In this document: positions 27,577 through 37,526 of the stretch, in pieces
Position numbering within the stretch: position 1 is the first letter of the stretch
Layout of the letters: every line of letters starts with the position of its first letter
DNA from: an uncultured delta proteobacterium
Lineage (GTDB): Bacteria; Desulfobacterota; RBG-13-43-22
Direction of reading: 5' to 3'
NCBI GenBank assembly: GCA_963790475.1
Contig: CAWBOS010000006.1
Location: 160,001 to 224,000 of the forward strand
Length of the DNA stretch: 64,000 nt
Position numbers and translations under genes: made by a program
Notes under the pieces: generated by a model
Seen by the model: the letters and a program-made list of their open reading frames with translations, nothing else
Told to the model about the DNA's origin: nothing
Databases searched by the model: none

Positions 27577-29190
27577 ATGTATTCATATCTTTTACACCAT
27601 CTTCTGACAAATACGGCCAGACAGAATCCGGATAAAAAGGCTGTTATCTTCAAAGATAAGTCGTTGACCTACTCAGAGCTGGATGCCCAGAGTGATCAAT
27701 TTGCCGCAACTTTGTCCGGGTTAGGCATAAGAATGGGAGACCGGGTCGGCATTATTCTCGGCAAATCCATTGAGGCCATCATCAGCATTTTTGGGATACT
27801 GAAGGCCGGAGCGGCCTATGTGCCTGTAGATTATCAGTCGCCGATGAGTCGGACACAACACATATTGAAGAATTGCGGCATCAGCGCTGTGATCTCATCT
27901 CATACAATGGCAGAGAAAATAATAAAAGACCCTGACCCGGAATTGTCTCTAAGAACAATCATAGTTACTGGAACCGACTCGCGAATCCTTGGCCATGGAG
28001 TAGGAATTAAATCGATATCTTTTGAGACGATATTGAATGAGGGAAAAAAAGATGATCCTCAAGTCGAAATGGCTGATGTCAGTCCTGCCTACATCCTGCA
28101 CACCTCCGGTTCAACGGGGTTGCCGAAGGGTGTCGTAATTTCACACCTGAACGCCCTTTCCTTTGTCAACATGGCCGCAGAGTTCTTTCACATAGGTATA
28201 GACGATAGGTTCGGCAATGTCGCGCCCCTTCACTTTGATCTTTCAGTGTTCGATATATTCGTTGCTGTTAAAGCCGGAGCGGCTATCATCTTAGTCCCGG
28301 AATATCTTACCGCTTTTCCGATAAGGTTAGCCGAGTATATAGAAAATCAGAGGATCACCGTATGGAATTCGGTTTCTTCGCTCCTATCGATGCTTGCCGA
28401 AAAAGGAGGGCTCGAAAGAGTTTCTCTGGAATCTTTGCGCATCTTACATTTTTCCGGAGAAATCCTGCCGATCAAATATCTCCGGATACTTAAGAATTGT
28501 ATGCAGAATGCGAAGTTCTATAATATCTACGGACAGACCGAAGCAAATTCCTCTGTGTACTATCAAGTCAGGGAACTCCAAGAAAATGACCATTGGAAGA
28601 TACCCATCGGCAGACCGTTTCCAAACTTTGAAGTGTTCATCATGGGGGAGGATGGCAGTGAGAAGACTGCTCCTGGCGATGAAGGGGAATTGTATGTCAA
28701 GAGCTCCACGGTAGCCATAGGTTACTGGGGCCGGGAGGAGGAAACGCGGGAGAAGTTCGTGTCAGACCCGCGAGACCTCTTCGGAAGGCAACGATGTTAC
28801 AAAACCGGAGATCTCGTCCGCATTGACGACGATGGCAATTACGTGTTCGTTGGCCGCAAGGACCACATGATAAAAAGCAGAGGCTATAGAATAGAGTTGG
28901 CGGAGATCGAGGCTGTTCTCAACAGCCACCCGCTCATTAGACAGGCCGTGGTAACAGCAATTCCTGATGAGCTAATCGGAAACAGGCTCATCGGCCACGT
29001 TTCATTAGTGGAACGAGGGGTATTGAGCAAAAATGATCTTTACAGGTTCTGCAGCAGTCCTTTGCCAAAGTATATGATACCCGGGGTTTTCAAGTTTCAC
29101 GATGGGTTGCCCTTGAGTTCAACGGGTAAGGTTAACAGAAAGGCTTTAGAAGGGCAGGACTTGAATGATTCGAAAGTAGAGGTAGGGTAA
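27577..29190 (+). CDS. Stand-alone amino acid adenylation enzyme (PltF/RedM/DltA-like)
   Basis: LKAGAAYVP, YILHTSGSTGLPKG, APLHFDLSV, NIYGQTE, YKTGD, GYRIELAEIE, STGKVNRKAL. Confidence 0.9.
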   Translation: MYSYLLHHLLTNTARQNPDKKAVIFKDKSLTYSELDAQSDQFAATLSGLGIRMGDRVGIILGKSIEAIISIFGILKAGAAYVPVDYQSPMSRTQHILKNCGISAVISSHTMAEKIIKDPDPELSLRTIIVTGTDSRILGHGVGIKSISFETILNEGKKDDPQVEMADVSPAYILHTSGSTGLPKGVVISHLNALSFVNMAAEFFHIGIDDRFGNVAPLHFDLSVFDIFVAVKAGAAIILVPEYLTAFPIRLAEYIENQRITVWNSVSSLLSMLAEKGGLERVSLESLRILHFSGEILPIKYLRILKNCMQNAKFYNIYGQTEANSSVYYQVRELQENDHWKIPIGRPFPNFEVFIMGEDGSEKTAPGDEGELYVKSSTVAIGYWGREEETREKFVSDPRDLFGRQRCYKTGDLVRIDDDGNYVFVGRKDHMIKSRGYRIELAEIEAVLNSHPLIRQAVVTAIPDELIGNRLIGHVSLVERGVLSKNDLYRFCSSPLPKYMIPGVFKFHDGLPLSSTGKVNRKALEGQDLNDSKVEVG

Positions 29191-29201
29191 TCAGGTCGAA
29201 C

Positions 29202-30152
29202 ATGTGGTCTCCGAAGTTGCAATGTCCTGTCTGTCGCATATCCTTTGGTGTGTCACTCTCTAAGGGGATTAAGTTGCCCCAAACGGTATGTAGGGTCTGT
29301 GGTTTTCGCGTAGTGCCAATGGACGGAACGTACGACGGGAGGGTTTCAAAGAATCATCCACTCGACTTCTCTGTTCAATGGATATTATGGGACAAAGGCA
29401 AACTAGGAGACAGCAGATTCACCTATGGCCAACTCCCTACTCAGGCGTTCGATTTATTACTCCAAGCCCTGAATCTTAACGCCGAGATTTTGAAACAGTT
29501 TACGCTTCTCGAAGTTGGGTACGGTAACGGAAGACTGCTCCAAGAAATACAGAAACATTGCTCGGCAGCATTTGGGATCGACCTGTGCTTGCCAGCGGCG
29601 TCTTCAAGTCTCAAACCTAACACGATAATTCAGGGGGATCTGTTCGCGATTCCTTTCGAACCCGGCCAATTTGACATCGTGATCTGCAAAGGCACGATTC
29701 AACACACACCAAGGCCAAAACAGGCATTTCGCTGTGTAGCAGATCAAGTGGGTCCTAATGGACTGCTATACATAAGCACATACGAAAAGAACATGAAGAA
29801 AAGCCTGATGTTAAGGACCATTCTACCTTGGACTTGGAGATACCCAGTTTTCGTTCGTTTGCTCATCTCTCGTATTTTGGGCATGGCGCGAGCATTATTG
29901 CATGCTGTGCGCGCTGGCGATATTAGTCTGAAAACAATCACCAAAATGTATCGGACAAGTTACAAACTTGCCGTATTCGACGTGATATCACCTCGATGGA
30001 GCCATACTTTAGCGCCTGACCAGGTAGTTTCATGGTTCGATGAGTGCGGATTTAGAGCCCGTCGAGTGGGCCAGGGTATCTACGTGGGGCGTAAGCAGCC
30101 AAAGGATTACCCGGTACAAGAGGATCGGAAGAGAGTCCGCGAAGGAGCGTGA
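29202..30152 (+). CDS. Class I SAM methyltransferase with N-terminal CxxC..CxxC zinc ribbon
   Basis: LEVGYGNG, QGDLFAIPF..FDIV. Confidence 0.8.
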   Translation: MWSPKLQCPVCRISFGVSLSKGIKLPQTVCRVCGFRVVPMDGTYDGRVSKNHPLDFSVQWILWDKGKLGDSRFTYGQLPTQAFDLLLQALNLNAEILKQFTLLEVGYGNGRLLQEIQKHCSAAFGIDLCLPAASSSLKPNTIIQGDLFAIPFEPGQFDIVICKGTIQHTPRPKQAFRCVADQVGPNGLLYISTYEKNMKKSLMLRTILPWTWRYPVFVRLLISRILGMARALLHAVRAGDISLKTITKMYRTSYKLAVFDVISPRWSHTLAPDQVVSWFDECGFRARRVGQGIYVGRKQPKDYPVQEDRKRVREGA

Positions 30153-31108
30153 AGGTGCAATTCAGCGTAATCATTGCGGTCTACAACGGTGCAAAGTATG
30201 TTCGGCAGGCGATTGACTCGGTCCTGTCGCAGACCTTTGAAGACTATGAACTTATTGTAATCGATGACGGTTCAACCGACCGGACGTGGGACGTCCTTAA
30301 ATCCTACGGAACACAGATCATAACCCTGCACCAAGTCAATCAAGGGCCGGAAGCTGCCCACAAGCTGGCGGTCTCCGCTGCCAGCGGAGACTACCTGGCA
30401 TTCTTAGACCATGATGATCTTTTCCTGCCTTGGACGTTAGGGACTTACGACAGAGTCGTTCGCGCCTTCCAGTTTCCCCCATTAATTCTCGGGTCCACGA
30501 TGTATTTCGTGGAGGACAACGCTATTCCGGCGGATTCCGGAAATGCGGGTACTCTCGAGATATTGAAATATCGGGACTTCCTGTCAAAGGGTGTTGGTAT
30601 TAGTATCTCGAGCAGCAAAATCGTCATTAAGAAGTCTGTGTTCAAAGAAGTCACCGGACGACGAGATATGATAAAGGCTTTTCCTTTCAACGATTATAGC
30701 CTGCTGTTCCTAGCGGGCACCTACGGGCCCTGCGTGATTGTAAAGCGACCGACGACAGTGGCCTATAGGAGACATGCTGCCAACACAAGTCGTGATATCG
30801 AGGCCATGACGGAGGGAGTTATCTGTCTGATTCGAGCGGAATTGTCTGGATTGTATCCCGGGGGGAGGACCCGACGATTTGCTAGGTATGCGCTCATCGG
30901 TGGTCCTGTGTACGAGTGGAGCAAAAAGGCATTCAAGAGGCGTCGTCGCGGGCTTGCGCTCCGGCTCTTGATACGCGGTTTGCCTATGGTGGTAGCCGCC
31001 ATTCTGAGGAAGTCGGCGTTCGCGTTCCAACGGACATCCGTCCTAACTGTCTCGAAAGGTTGCCAAGGCAGTGACGGACCGATCGGCGATCGGGAGACTT
31101 TTGAATAA
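30149..31108 (+). CDS. Glycosyltransferase family 2
   Basis: SVIIAVYN, IDDGSTD, FLDHDD. Confidence 0.9.
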   Translation: MKVQFSVIIAVYNGAKYVRQAIDSVLSQTFEDYELIVIDDGSTDRTWDVLKSYGTQIITLHQVNQGPEAAHKLAVSAASGDYLAFLDHDDLFLPWTLGTYDRVVRAFQFPPLILGSTMYFVEDNAIPADSGNAGTLEILKYRDFLSKGVGISISSSKIVIKKSVFKEVTGRRDMIKAFPFNDYSLLFLAGTYGPCVIVKRPTTVAYRRHAANTSRDIEAMTEGVICLIRAELSGLYPGGRTRRFARYALIGGPVYEWSKKAFKRRRRGLALRLLIRGLPMVVAAILRKSAFAFQRTSVLTVSKGCQGSDGPIGDRETFE

Positions 31109-31546
31109 CCATGTCAAATTTTGTGAAGAGATGATTATCAGACAAAAGTTTCATTTCGTCAACCTCGCTTCAACTCGCTGGTTTCTCCTCTGGCCTGACT
31201 TTCAGCAGGCTATAGCCCTCCAGCCCTGGGGGGAAGTGCCTGGGCCGCGGAGGGATGGCATTTTAATCTCTTCAGAGAGTCGAAGATTAATAAGACCGCT
31301 TAATCCGGGGGCTTCCAGCCTGGAATGGTTTTCAAACCGCAAGGAGAGAGGTATACTCGAAACAAGGGCCGGAGTCTCCAAGGGGGGATTGGCTGATTCT
31401 TAAGCCGGAGTAATTCCCTGGTTGGACTTCTTAAGAGGAAATTTTAAAATTTTAATTGGAGAATCTGAATATTGGAACGAAAAATTTAGTAAGAAAAAAA
31501 ATTTTAAAAATGTTCGCCCTCGCCCATAAAAAAACTCCAGAGAAAT

Positions 31547-32207
31547 ATGGCCGACTACGGTCTCCAGGCAGCAGTCAAGAAGACGATTTTATATGCCCTG
31601 CAGGGTGCTTATGAGAGCCGGTGTTACCGTATCTACGGCATCGATCTGGAGATCTTTGAGCCCCGTCCGCCGAGAAAGAGTGAATTTGTGTTTAAAGAAG
31701 TAAATCCGTCACAATTCGGAATGATCCGGCAGATTGAGGATATGGAGGAGTGGCTTTCCGGACAAGTAGCACTCCAATTGGAAAAAGGGGCTTACTGCCT
31801 GGCGGCCTTCAAAGGGGAAGAGGTCGTCAGCTTCAATCTGGTGCAGTTCAGGCAGATATTTATTCCCCTGATTAAGATGAAGCGGGTTTTCAAACCAGAT
31901 GAAGCCTGGTCGGAACAAATCACCGTGCATAAAAAATTCCGGAAGATGGGTTTGGCCCAGCGACATGCGCTTTCGGGTTTTTGCTTCGCTCAAGGGTCGA
32001 GGCATCAAAGGGTTTTATGGAGGCACCCTGACCAGCAACGTGGTGAACCTCCAGTTGACGCGGAAGGTGGGTTTCAAAGAGCTGTTCGATATTCAATACT
32101 GGAAACTCGGGCATATCCGAAAATGTCAACTTCGGGGAATCAGTCAAGATGGGCTTCGAGAATATGCAGACACAGTTCGGTGGGAAGATTACTTTTGTGC
32201 TCAGTAA
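31547..32207 (+). CDS. GNAT-fold protein, +1 frameshift near 31957
   Basis: ITVHKKFRKMGLA continues as SDMRFRVF..NVVNLQLTRKVGF in the next frame. Confidence 0.7.
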
Positions 32208-32214
32208 CTGCCTG

Positions 32215-32481
32215 ATGAACCGCTGGGGTATCCTGGGGGGCAGTCGGGCGGCTGAAAAATTGAAGTGGTATGGCCTGGATTAGTTGCAAAAATTGCAATT
32301 GGCCAAGCTGCAAAATATCCTGAGCTATACCGCCAACTGGGTGCCGTATTATCGGGACCTGTCTAATTGGATCGGGTTTGTACCGGAAGACCTAAAAGAG
32401 TTTGAAGATGTCCGGCGCCTCCCCTTTCTGTCGCGTTATGAAGCCATCAAGCACCACGAGGGGACGGTCGTAACGGCTTGA
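32215..32481 (+). pseudogene. Remnant of phenylacetate-CoA ligase/CapK-family gene
   Basis: LQLAKLQNILSY..VPYYR..EDVRRLPFL N-terminal signature; in-frame TAG at 32281-32283 and truncation at 32481. Confidence 0.75.
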
Positions 32482-32647
32482 TTATCCAGGGTCTAAAAGC
32501 AGGAAGATTAGATGTGCAAGATGTTTTGGCAATTCTATCAAATATATTCAGATATCTTTACAAGCAGTAGGACCCTATGTCATGCCGAAGCCTGGATAAA
32601 AGCAGGCGAGACATTACGGGATTCATAATAGAAGGGAGGGATAGATC

Positions 32648-33460
32648 ATGAGAAACCGTGCTAAAGAACTCACCGGCTTAACGGATTATTTAAGCCTGAT
32701 AGGCGTCCGCGATTTACCGCCTCTCACCTCTCCATTTGACCCGGGGTATGACCCGCTTACCCTGGAAAGTCACATGGAACAGAGCGCACACCTGATAGCA
32801 GTGTTAAAAATTTCCATGGCATGCTGGCAAATCGCAAACGAAGCCAGCACCCGCAGAAAAGTGGACGCGGCCAACCGGCTGAAAATCCCCACCTGCACCG
32901 GCGGAGGCCCCTTCGAAGTTGCCGTGCAGTTCGGCAAACTCCCAGGATTCCTCGATCTGGTCGCCGATATCGGTTTCAGGCGAATTGAAGCTGGCGAAGG
33001 GTTTACAGATATGCCTCTTCCTCCAGGGCATGTGATTAAACTGGCAGCCGAAAGAGGATTGGAGGTTCAATTCGAAGTCGGCAAGAAGCACGAAGGCACT
33101 TTTATCTCCGATGTCATTGAAGAGCTCATCGACCAAGGGAAAAGGTGGCTGGATGCCGGAGCCAAACAAATTGTGGTTGAAGCGCGAGAAAATGCCCAGA
33201 ATATTGGCGTATTTGGCAGTAAAGGCGAATTTGACGCATCGGCCGCTGACCGTTTCGCGAATGCCTTTGGGTTAGAGGTCGCAATTTTTGAGGCACCCAC
33301 TAAACCAAGCCAGTTCGCGATGTTAAACCATTTTGGTCCAATGGTCCACTTGAGTAATGTCCGCATCGAAGAACTGCTCCGCGTAGAAATTTACCGAAGA
33401 GGCCTCCACTCCGATGCTTTTCAACAAGACAACTTAAGACCGGTAGGGCCGTTAAAATAA
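32648..33460 (+). CDS. comA: Phosphosulfolactate synthase
   Basis: FDPG, LKIS, TGGGPFE, IEAGEGF, EVGKK, IVVEARE, FEAP, FGPMVHLSNV, EIYRRGLHSD. Confidence 0.85.
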   Translation: MRNRAKELTGLTDYLSLIGVRDLPPLTSPFDPGYDPLTLESHMEQSAHLIAVLKISMACWQIANEASTRRKVDAANRLKIPTCTGGGPFEVAVQFGKLPGFLDLVADIGFRRIEAGEGFTDMPLPPGHVIKLAAERGLEVQFEVGKKHEGTFISDVIEELIDQGKRWLDAGAKQIVVEARENAQNIGVFGSKGEFDASAADRFANAFGLEVAIFEAPTKPSQFAMLNHFGPMVHLSNVRIEELLRVEIYRRGLHSDAFQQDNLRPVGPLK

Positions 33461-33490
33461 AACTAAACTTTCACCTTAATCTTGCTTACG

Positions 33491-33526
33491 GTAAATTCCC
33501 CGCAGCTTGCTGCGTGGTAGTTCATT
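33491..33526. repeat. Short palindromic remnant resembling IS200/IS605-type or REP end
   Basis: CCCCGCAGCTTGCTGCGTGG hairpin followed by TAGTTCATT. Confidence 0.55.
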
Positions 33527-33632
33527 GCAGCGATAAACGAGTATTCGAAAAAATATTGACGTAAAAGGCAAGGAGACCACTTTTCTTATCTTGACCCGTT
33601 TGGAACAGTACAATAGAGTACTGAAAAATTTC

Positions 33633-34445
33633 ATGGGTAATAATCAAAGAACAATAAATGAAAACGAGTTAGAATCGTGGGAAATTATTTACGATGAACA
33701 AAGTTTCGTTGGGGATTTCTTCCGCCGAAGAATGGAAAAGGCTCTCTCGTGGGTCGACGCGATGAATTTCTCTGAAAATGCTATAATCTTTGATGCGGGT
33801 TGTGGCGGAGGCCGGTTGGTAGAAGAAGCTGTCAAGAAAGGGTATCACATAATCGGGATGGATTCCAATGAGGATGTGCTGAAGAAGGCGTTGGGTTCTC
33901 TGAAAAAAAGACCGGGCAGCAATTACTGCTTTTTACGAGGTGATGTCAAGATTATACCGGTGAAGGATTCAAGCCTGGACGCAATTATTTGCCTGGGGGT
34001 TATTTCTTATTTGAAATCGGAGATGACTGTTCTGCTTGAGTTTGCAAGAGTTTTGAAACCGGGTGGATTGCTTATTTTGAGTGCGACCAATAAGGCTCGG
34101 CTAGTGGGGCGCCTGGATATTCCTCTCATGATTTCGTCCATTAAAAAGAAGATTTTTGTGCACAAGAATATGAAGGAAGATGATGATTCTTCCAGAGAAG
34201 GAAATCATCGACAACGATCATATTTAATTCCTCGCTTCTCAAATTCGTTAGAATCCGCGGGGTTTTCTGTTTCAGGATACGTAACTTTTCCATATGAACT
34301 TCCCACATTATTTGGGCGAGAATTTCTACCACGAAGCTTCTCTGAAAAGGTCTCGTTGTTTATCGAACGATTTGCCAATTTACCCCTGGTTGGATCTTTT
34401 GGATCGAGGTGGATGATCAAAGCGCAAAAAAAGAACTTTTCATAA
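33633..34445 (+). CDS. Class I SAM methyltransferase
   Basis: FDAGCGGG, GDVKIIP, ARVLKPGG. Confidence 0.88.
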   Translation: MGNNQRTINENELESWEIIYDEQSFVGDFFRRRMEKALSWVDAMNFSENAIIFDAGCGGGRLVEEAVKKGYHIIGMDSNEDVLKKALGSLKKRPGSNYCFLRGDVKIIPVKDSSLDAIICLGVISYLKSEMTVLLEFARVLKPGGLLILSATNKARLVGRLDIPLMISSIKKKIFVHKNMKEDDDSSREGNHRQRSYLIPRFSNSLESAGFSVSGYVTFPYELPTLFGREFLPRSFSEKVSLFIERFANLPLVGSFGSRWMIKAQKKNFS

Positions 34446-34636
34446 GATAATTATTATAATAATGAAACCTATGCTTATTTTCAAGAGATCTATCGATTCG
34501 TCGCTGCAGTTTTCTGAATACGAGAATTCTCGTAGCTACGGTAAGCCGTTGAAAATAATCAAAATAAGTCCAGTCGTTCTCTGGAACCATCTATTAAAAT
34601 AAATCATGTGAAATTGCTATGTTGACGGGGAATCAT

Positions 34637-35371
34637 ATGATTGCAATTGATGTTTTTTACAACAAAAGACTTGACTACGATAACACGTATGCGATTTTGG
34701 CAGTAGATGTAATTCGGGCGACAACCACCGCCATTACTGGCGTTGCGATGGGGAGAAAGTGTTATCCAGCGTCTTCGATTGAAGACGCGACCACTCTCGC
34801 TAAAAAGCTGGTGAACCCGTTGCTGGTGGGTGAATTGGGCGGGAACATGCCCTACGGGTTTGACCTACAAAACAGCCCCTTTCTGGTGGCCTCACGGACC
34901 GATATTATCCGCCCGATGATTCTCCTTTCCACGTCCGGCACCCGACTCATCACCAAATATAAAGGCCACGATGCCGTTTACCCGGCCTGCCTCCGAAACT
35001 ACAAAGCGCTCATCCCCCACCTGGCGGCTCACCACGACAAAGTAGCCTTGATTGGCGCAGGCACTCGCGGAGAGTTCCGCGAGGAAGACCAGCTTTGCTG
35101 CGCGTGGATAGCCGAAGGGCTCATTCAGAACGGTTTTAAACCTGAAAACGAAATGACTGCGGAAATGATCGAGCGCTGGCGGCATGCTTCGGTCGACATT
35201 ATTAGAGACGGCGAAAGCGCCGCTTATCTCAACCGATCGGGGCAAACCCAGGATCTGGATTTTATCCTGGCGCATGTGGACGACCTGCCTTTTGTGTACC
35301 AATTTAAAAATGACCAGATTGTTGAACTGTCAAAAACCACAACTTGGGAAAAAGCTGTTTTATCAGAGTGA
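34637..35371 (+). CDS. comB: 2-phosphosulfolactate phosphatase
   Basis: VDVIRATTT, LLVGELGG..GFDLQNSP, STSGT, CLRN, EEDQLCC. Confidence 0.88.
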   Translation: MIAIDVFYNKRLDYDNTYAILAVDVIRATTTAITGVAMGRKCYPASSIEDATTLAKKLVNPLLVGELGGNMPYGFDLQNSPFLVASRTDIIRPMILLSTSGTRLITKYKGHDAVYPACLRNYKALIPHLAAHHDKVALIGAGTRGEFREEDQLCCAWIAEGLIQNGFKPENEMTAEMIERWRHASVDIIRDGESAAYLNRSGQTQDLDFILAHVDDLPFVYQFKNDQIVELSKTTTWEKAVLSE

Positions 35372-35375
35372 AACC

Positions 35376-36596
35376 TTGACTTTAAAGCAGACCAAAATTC
35401 GACTGAAGATAGAACCATCAACACCTTGCGTCGTGATCTGCCCAGGCTACCACGGGCACGGGGTCGCACGGAGTCTTGGACGGCTGGGCGTCCCTGTCTT
35501 CGGGGTGCATGCCAACCCGAGATCTCCTTCCGCTAGCTCACATTACTGGCGCAGCAACTATCTTTGGGACCTTTCGAAAGCCTCACCCGATGAATCTTTA
35601 AACTGGTTCCTTAAACTTGCCTGCACAATTGGACAACGCCCCATTCTCATTCCCACTGACGATCATAGCTGCTTGTTTGTAGACGACCACGCCGAAGCAC
35701 TGCTTCAGGAATACGAGTTCCCAAAGCAGCCAACCGGGCTGACACGTGCGCTCTCTAACAAAAAGCTGCTTTATTCGCTGTGCAACGAGGAGTCAATTCT
35801 AACCGCCGAGACAGTCTTTCCGCAGTCGCGCGCCGACGTCATCCAGTTTATGGAAAAAGGAAACTTCCCTGTTATGCTCAAAGGGATTGACACAGTCGCT
35901 CTTCAAAAACGGGTCGGGGTTCGCATGGTTATCGTCAATGACGGTGAGACGCTGCTGAAACGCTACGATGAGATGGAAATGCCCGGCGCGCCCAGTTTGA
36001 TGATGCAGGAGTATATCCCAGGAGGAGCGGAAAACGTGTGGATGTTCGACGGATATTTTGACAGCAATTCAAACTGTCGATTCGGAATCACTGCCCGCAA
36101 ACTGCGTCAGTACCCGGCCTATACAGGCATGACCAGCCTGGGAGTATGCGAAACCAACGAAACACTCTTTAACCAAATCCAGGCCTTTATGAAAGCGGTT
36201 GGGTACTGCGGCATTCTGGATATTGGCTACAAATATAACCCGGCTAACAGAAAATATTATCTCTTAGACCCCAATCCGCGACTCGGTTGTTCATTTCGTC
36301 TCTTTGTTGATTCCATCGATATGGACGTGGTAAGGGCACTGTATTGCGACCTGACTAGGCAACCTATCCCGACCGGGAAACCAGTGGAAGGGCGCAAATG
36401 GCTGGTTGAGCTCTTTGACATCGTCTCCTCCTATCGCTATTGGCGCGATGGAAATCTTAAGTTTGGAAACTGGCTGCATTCATTCCAGGGGTTGCAAGAG
36501 GCGCAATGGTTCGCTTGGGATGACATGCGCCCATTTCTTAATGTTTGGAAGTATTCCGCCGAGACGCTCTTCAAACCGAAAGAGAAAAAGAACTGA
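35376..36596 (+). CDS. ATP-grasp carboxylate-amine ligase (D-aspartate ligase-like)
   Basis: GVARSLGRLGV, LIPTDD, QEYIPG, KLRQYP, LDPNPR; start approximate. Confidence 0.82.
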   Translation: MTLKQTKIRLKIEPSTPCVVICPGYHGHGVARSLGRLGVPVFGVHANPRSPSASSHYWRSNYLWDLSKASPDESLNWFLKLACTIGQRPILIPTDDHSCLFVDDHAEALLQEYEFPKQPTGLTRALSNKKLLYSLCNEESILTAETVFPQSRADVIQFMEKGNFPVMLKGIDTVALQKRVGVRMVIVNDGETLLKRYDEMEMPGAPSLMMQEYIPGGAENVWMFDGYFDSNSNCRFGITARKLRQYPAYTGMTSLGVCETNETLFNQIQAFMKAVGYCGILDIGYKYNPANRKYYLLDPNPRLGCSFRLFVDSIDMDVVRALYCDLTRQPIPTGKPVEGRKWLVELFDIVSSYRYWRDGNLKFGNWLHSFQGLQEAQWFAWDDMRPFLNVWKYSAETLFKPKEKKN

Positions 36597-36620
36597 TGAC
36601 ACTGGAATACAGACACATCC

Positions 36621-37493
36621 ATGAAACCCCAGACAAAGAACAAAAACGCAAATTTCGTCACACCTCTCCAGTTTCATGAGGAAAAGAATAACGTCAACAC
36701 TTATTTCGCGTCTGAATCTTCGGGCTGGAACGATATCTATCAAAAAGAGGATGTCTATTCCATAATCCATCAAGACCGCCGTGCGATCGCGTTTCAATAT
36801 TTCCAGGAATTGTCGCTGCCGCGGGATGCCCGCATACTGGAAATTGGGTGCGGCGCCGGTTTAACCTCGGTGGATATCGCCCGTCAGGGTTATGTCGTCC
36901 AAGCGGTTGATAGCGTGGAAGCCATGATTGACCTGACTCGTAAGAATGCGCTCAAATTTGGAATGGAAAAACAAATTCACGCCAGCGTGATGGATGTGTA
37001 TAACCTACAGTTTTCAAAACAAACCTTTGCCCTGGTCATAGCCCTGGGGGTGGCTCCTTGGCTTGCCGACCTGAACAGGGCTCTCAAAGAAATCTCAAGG
37101 GTGCTAACTCCCGGGGGGTATGTCCTGATGAATGTGGATAACCGCTATCGCCTCAATCACCTGCTAGACCCGTTTTATTTTCCCAGGCTCGCTGGTTTGA
37201 AAGAGCGGTTGAGGGATTTCCTAGAAAAGGCTAGCGTGTGCAAAACTTCCAGCATTCCCCGCCCTAAAAGACACAGCATCAAAGAGTTTGAGTCCCTGCT
37301 CGAGTCCGCCAGTCTGGTCAAACTAAAACACCGGATGCTTGGGTTTGGCCCATTTACCTTTTTAAAGATTCGCCTGTTCCCGAACTCAGTTGGAATCAAG
37401 CTTCATCGGTACCTACAAAACGAGGCCGACAAGGGAACCCCCCTCCTCCGTTCGACCGGGTCACAATACCTGGTTCTGGCGCATAAAATGTAA
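36621..37493 (+). CDS. Class I SAM methyltransferase
   Basis: LEIGCGAG, RVLTPGG; similar to 33633-34445. Confidence 0.88.
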   Translation: MKPQTKNKNANFVTPLQFHEEKNNVNTYFASESSGWNDIYQKEDVYSIIHQDRRAIAFQYFQELSLPRDARILEIGCGAGLTSVDIARQGYVVQAVDSVEAMIDLTRKNALKFGMEKQIHASVMDVYNLQFSKQTFALVIALGVAPWLADLNRALKEISRVLTPGGYVLMNVDNRYRLNHLLDPFYFPRLAGLKERLRDFLEKASVCKTSSIPRPKRHSIKEFESLLESASLVKLKHRMLGFGPFTFLKIRLFPNSVGIKLHRYLQNEADKGTPLLRSTGSQYLVLAHKM

Positions 37494-37526
37494 CTTGTTA
37501 TTCCTTTTTTCATTCAACCAACCAAA

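Noticed and set aside
31071-31403. 110-aa ORF
   Set aside because: No recognisable motif, overlaps the GT2 end, no clear RBS
32281-32283. TAG as pyrrolysine
   Set aside because: The gene is also truncated ~200 bp later; a GAG to TAG nonsense change is simpler
32648-35371. Coenzyme M biosynthesis operon
   Set aside because: No comC/comDE in the window and the genes are interleaved with EPS tailoring genes
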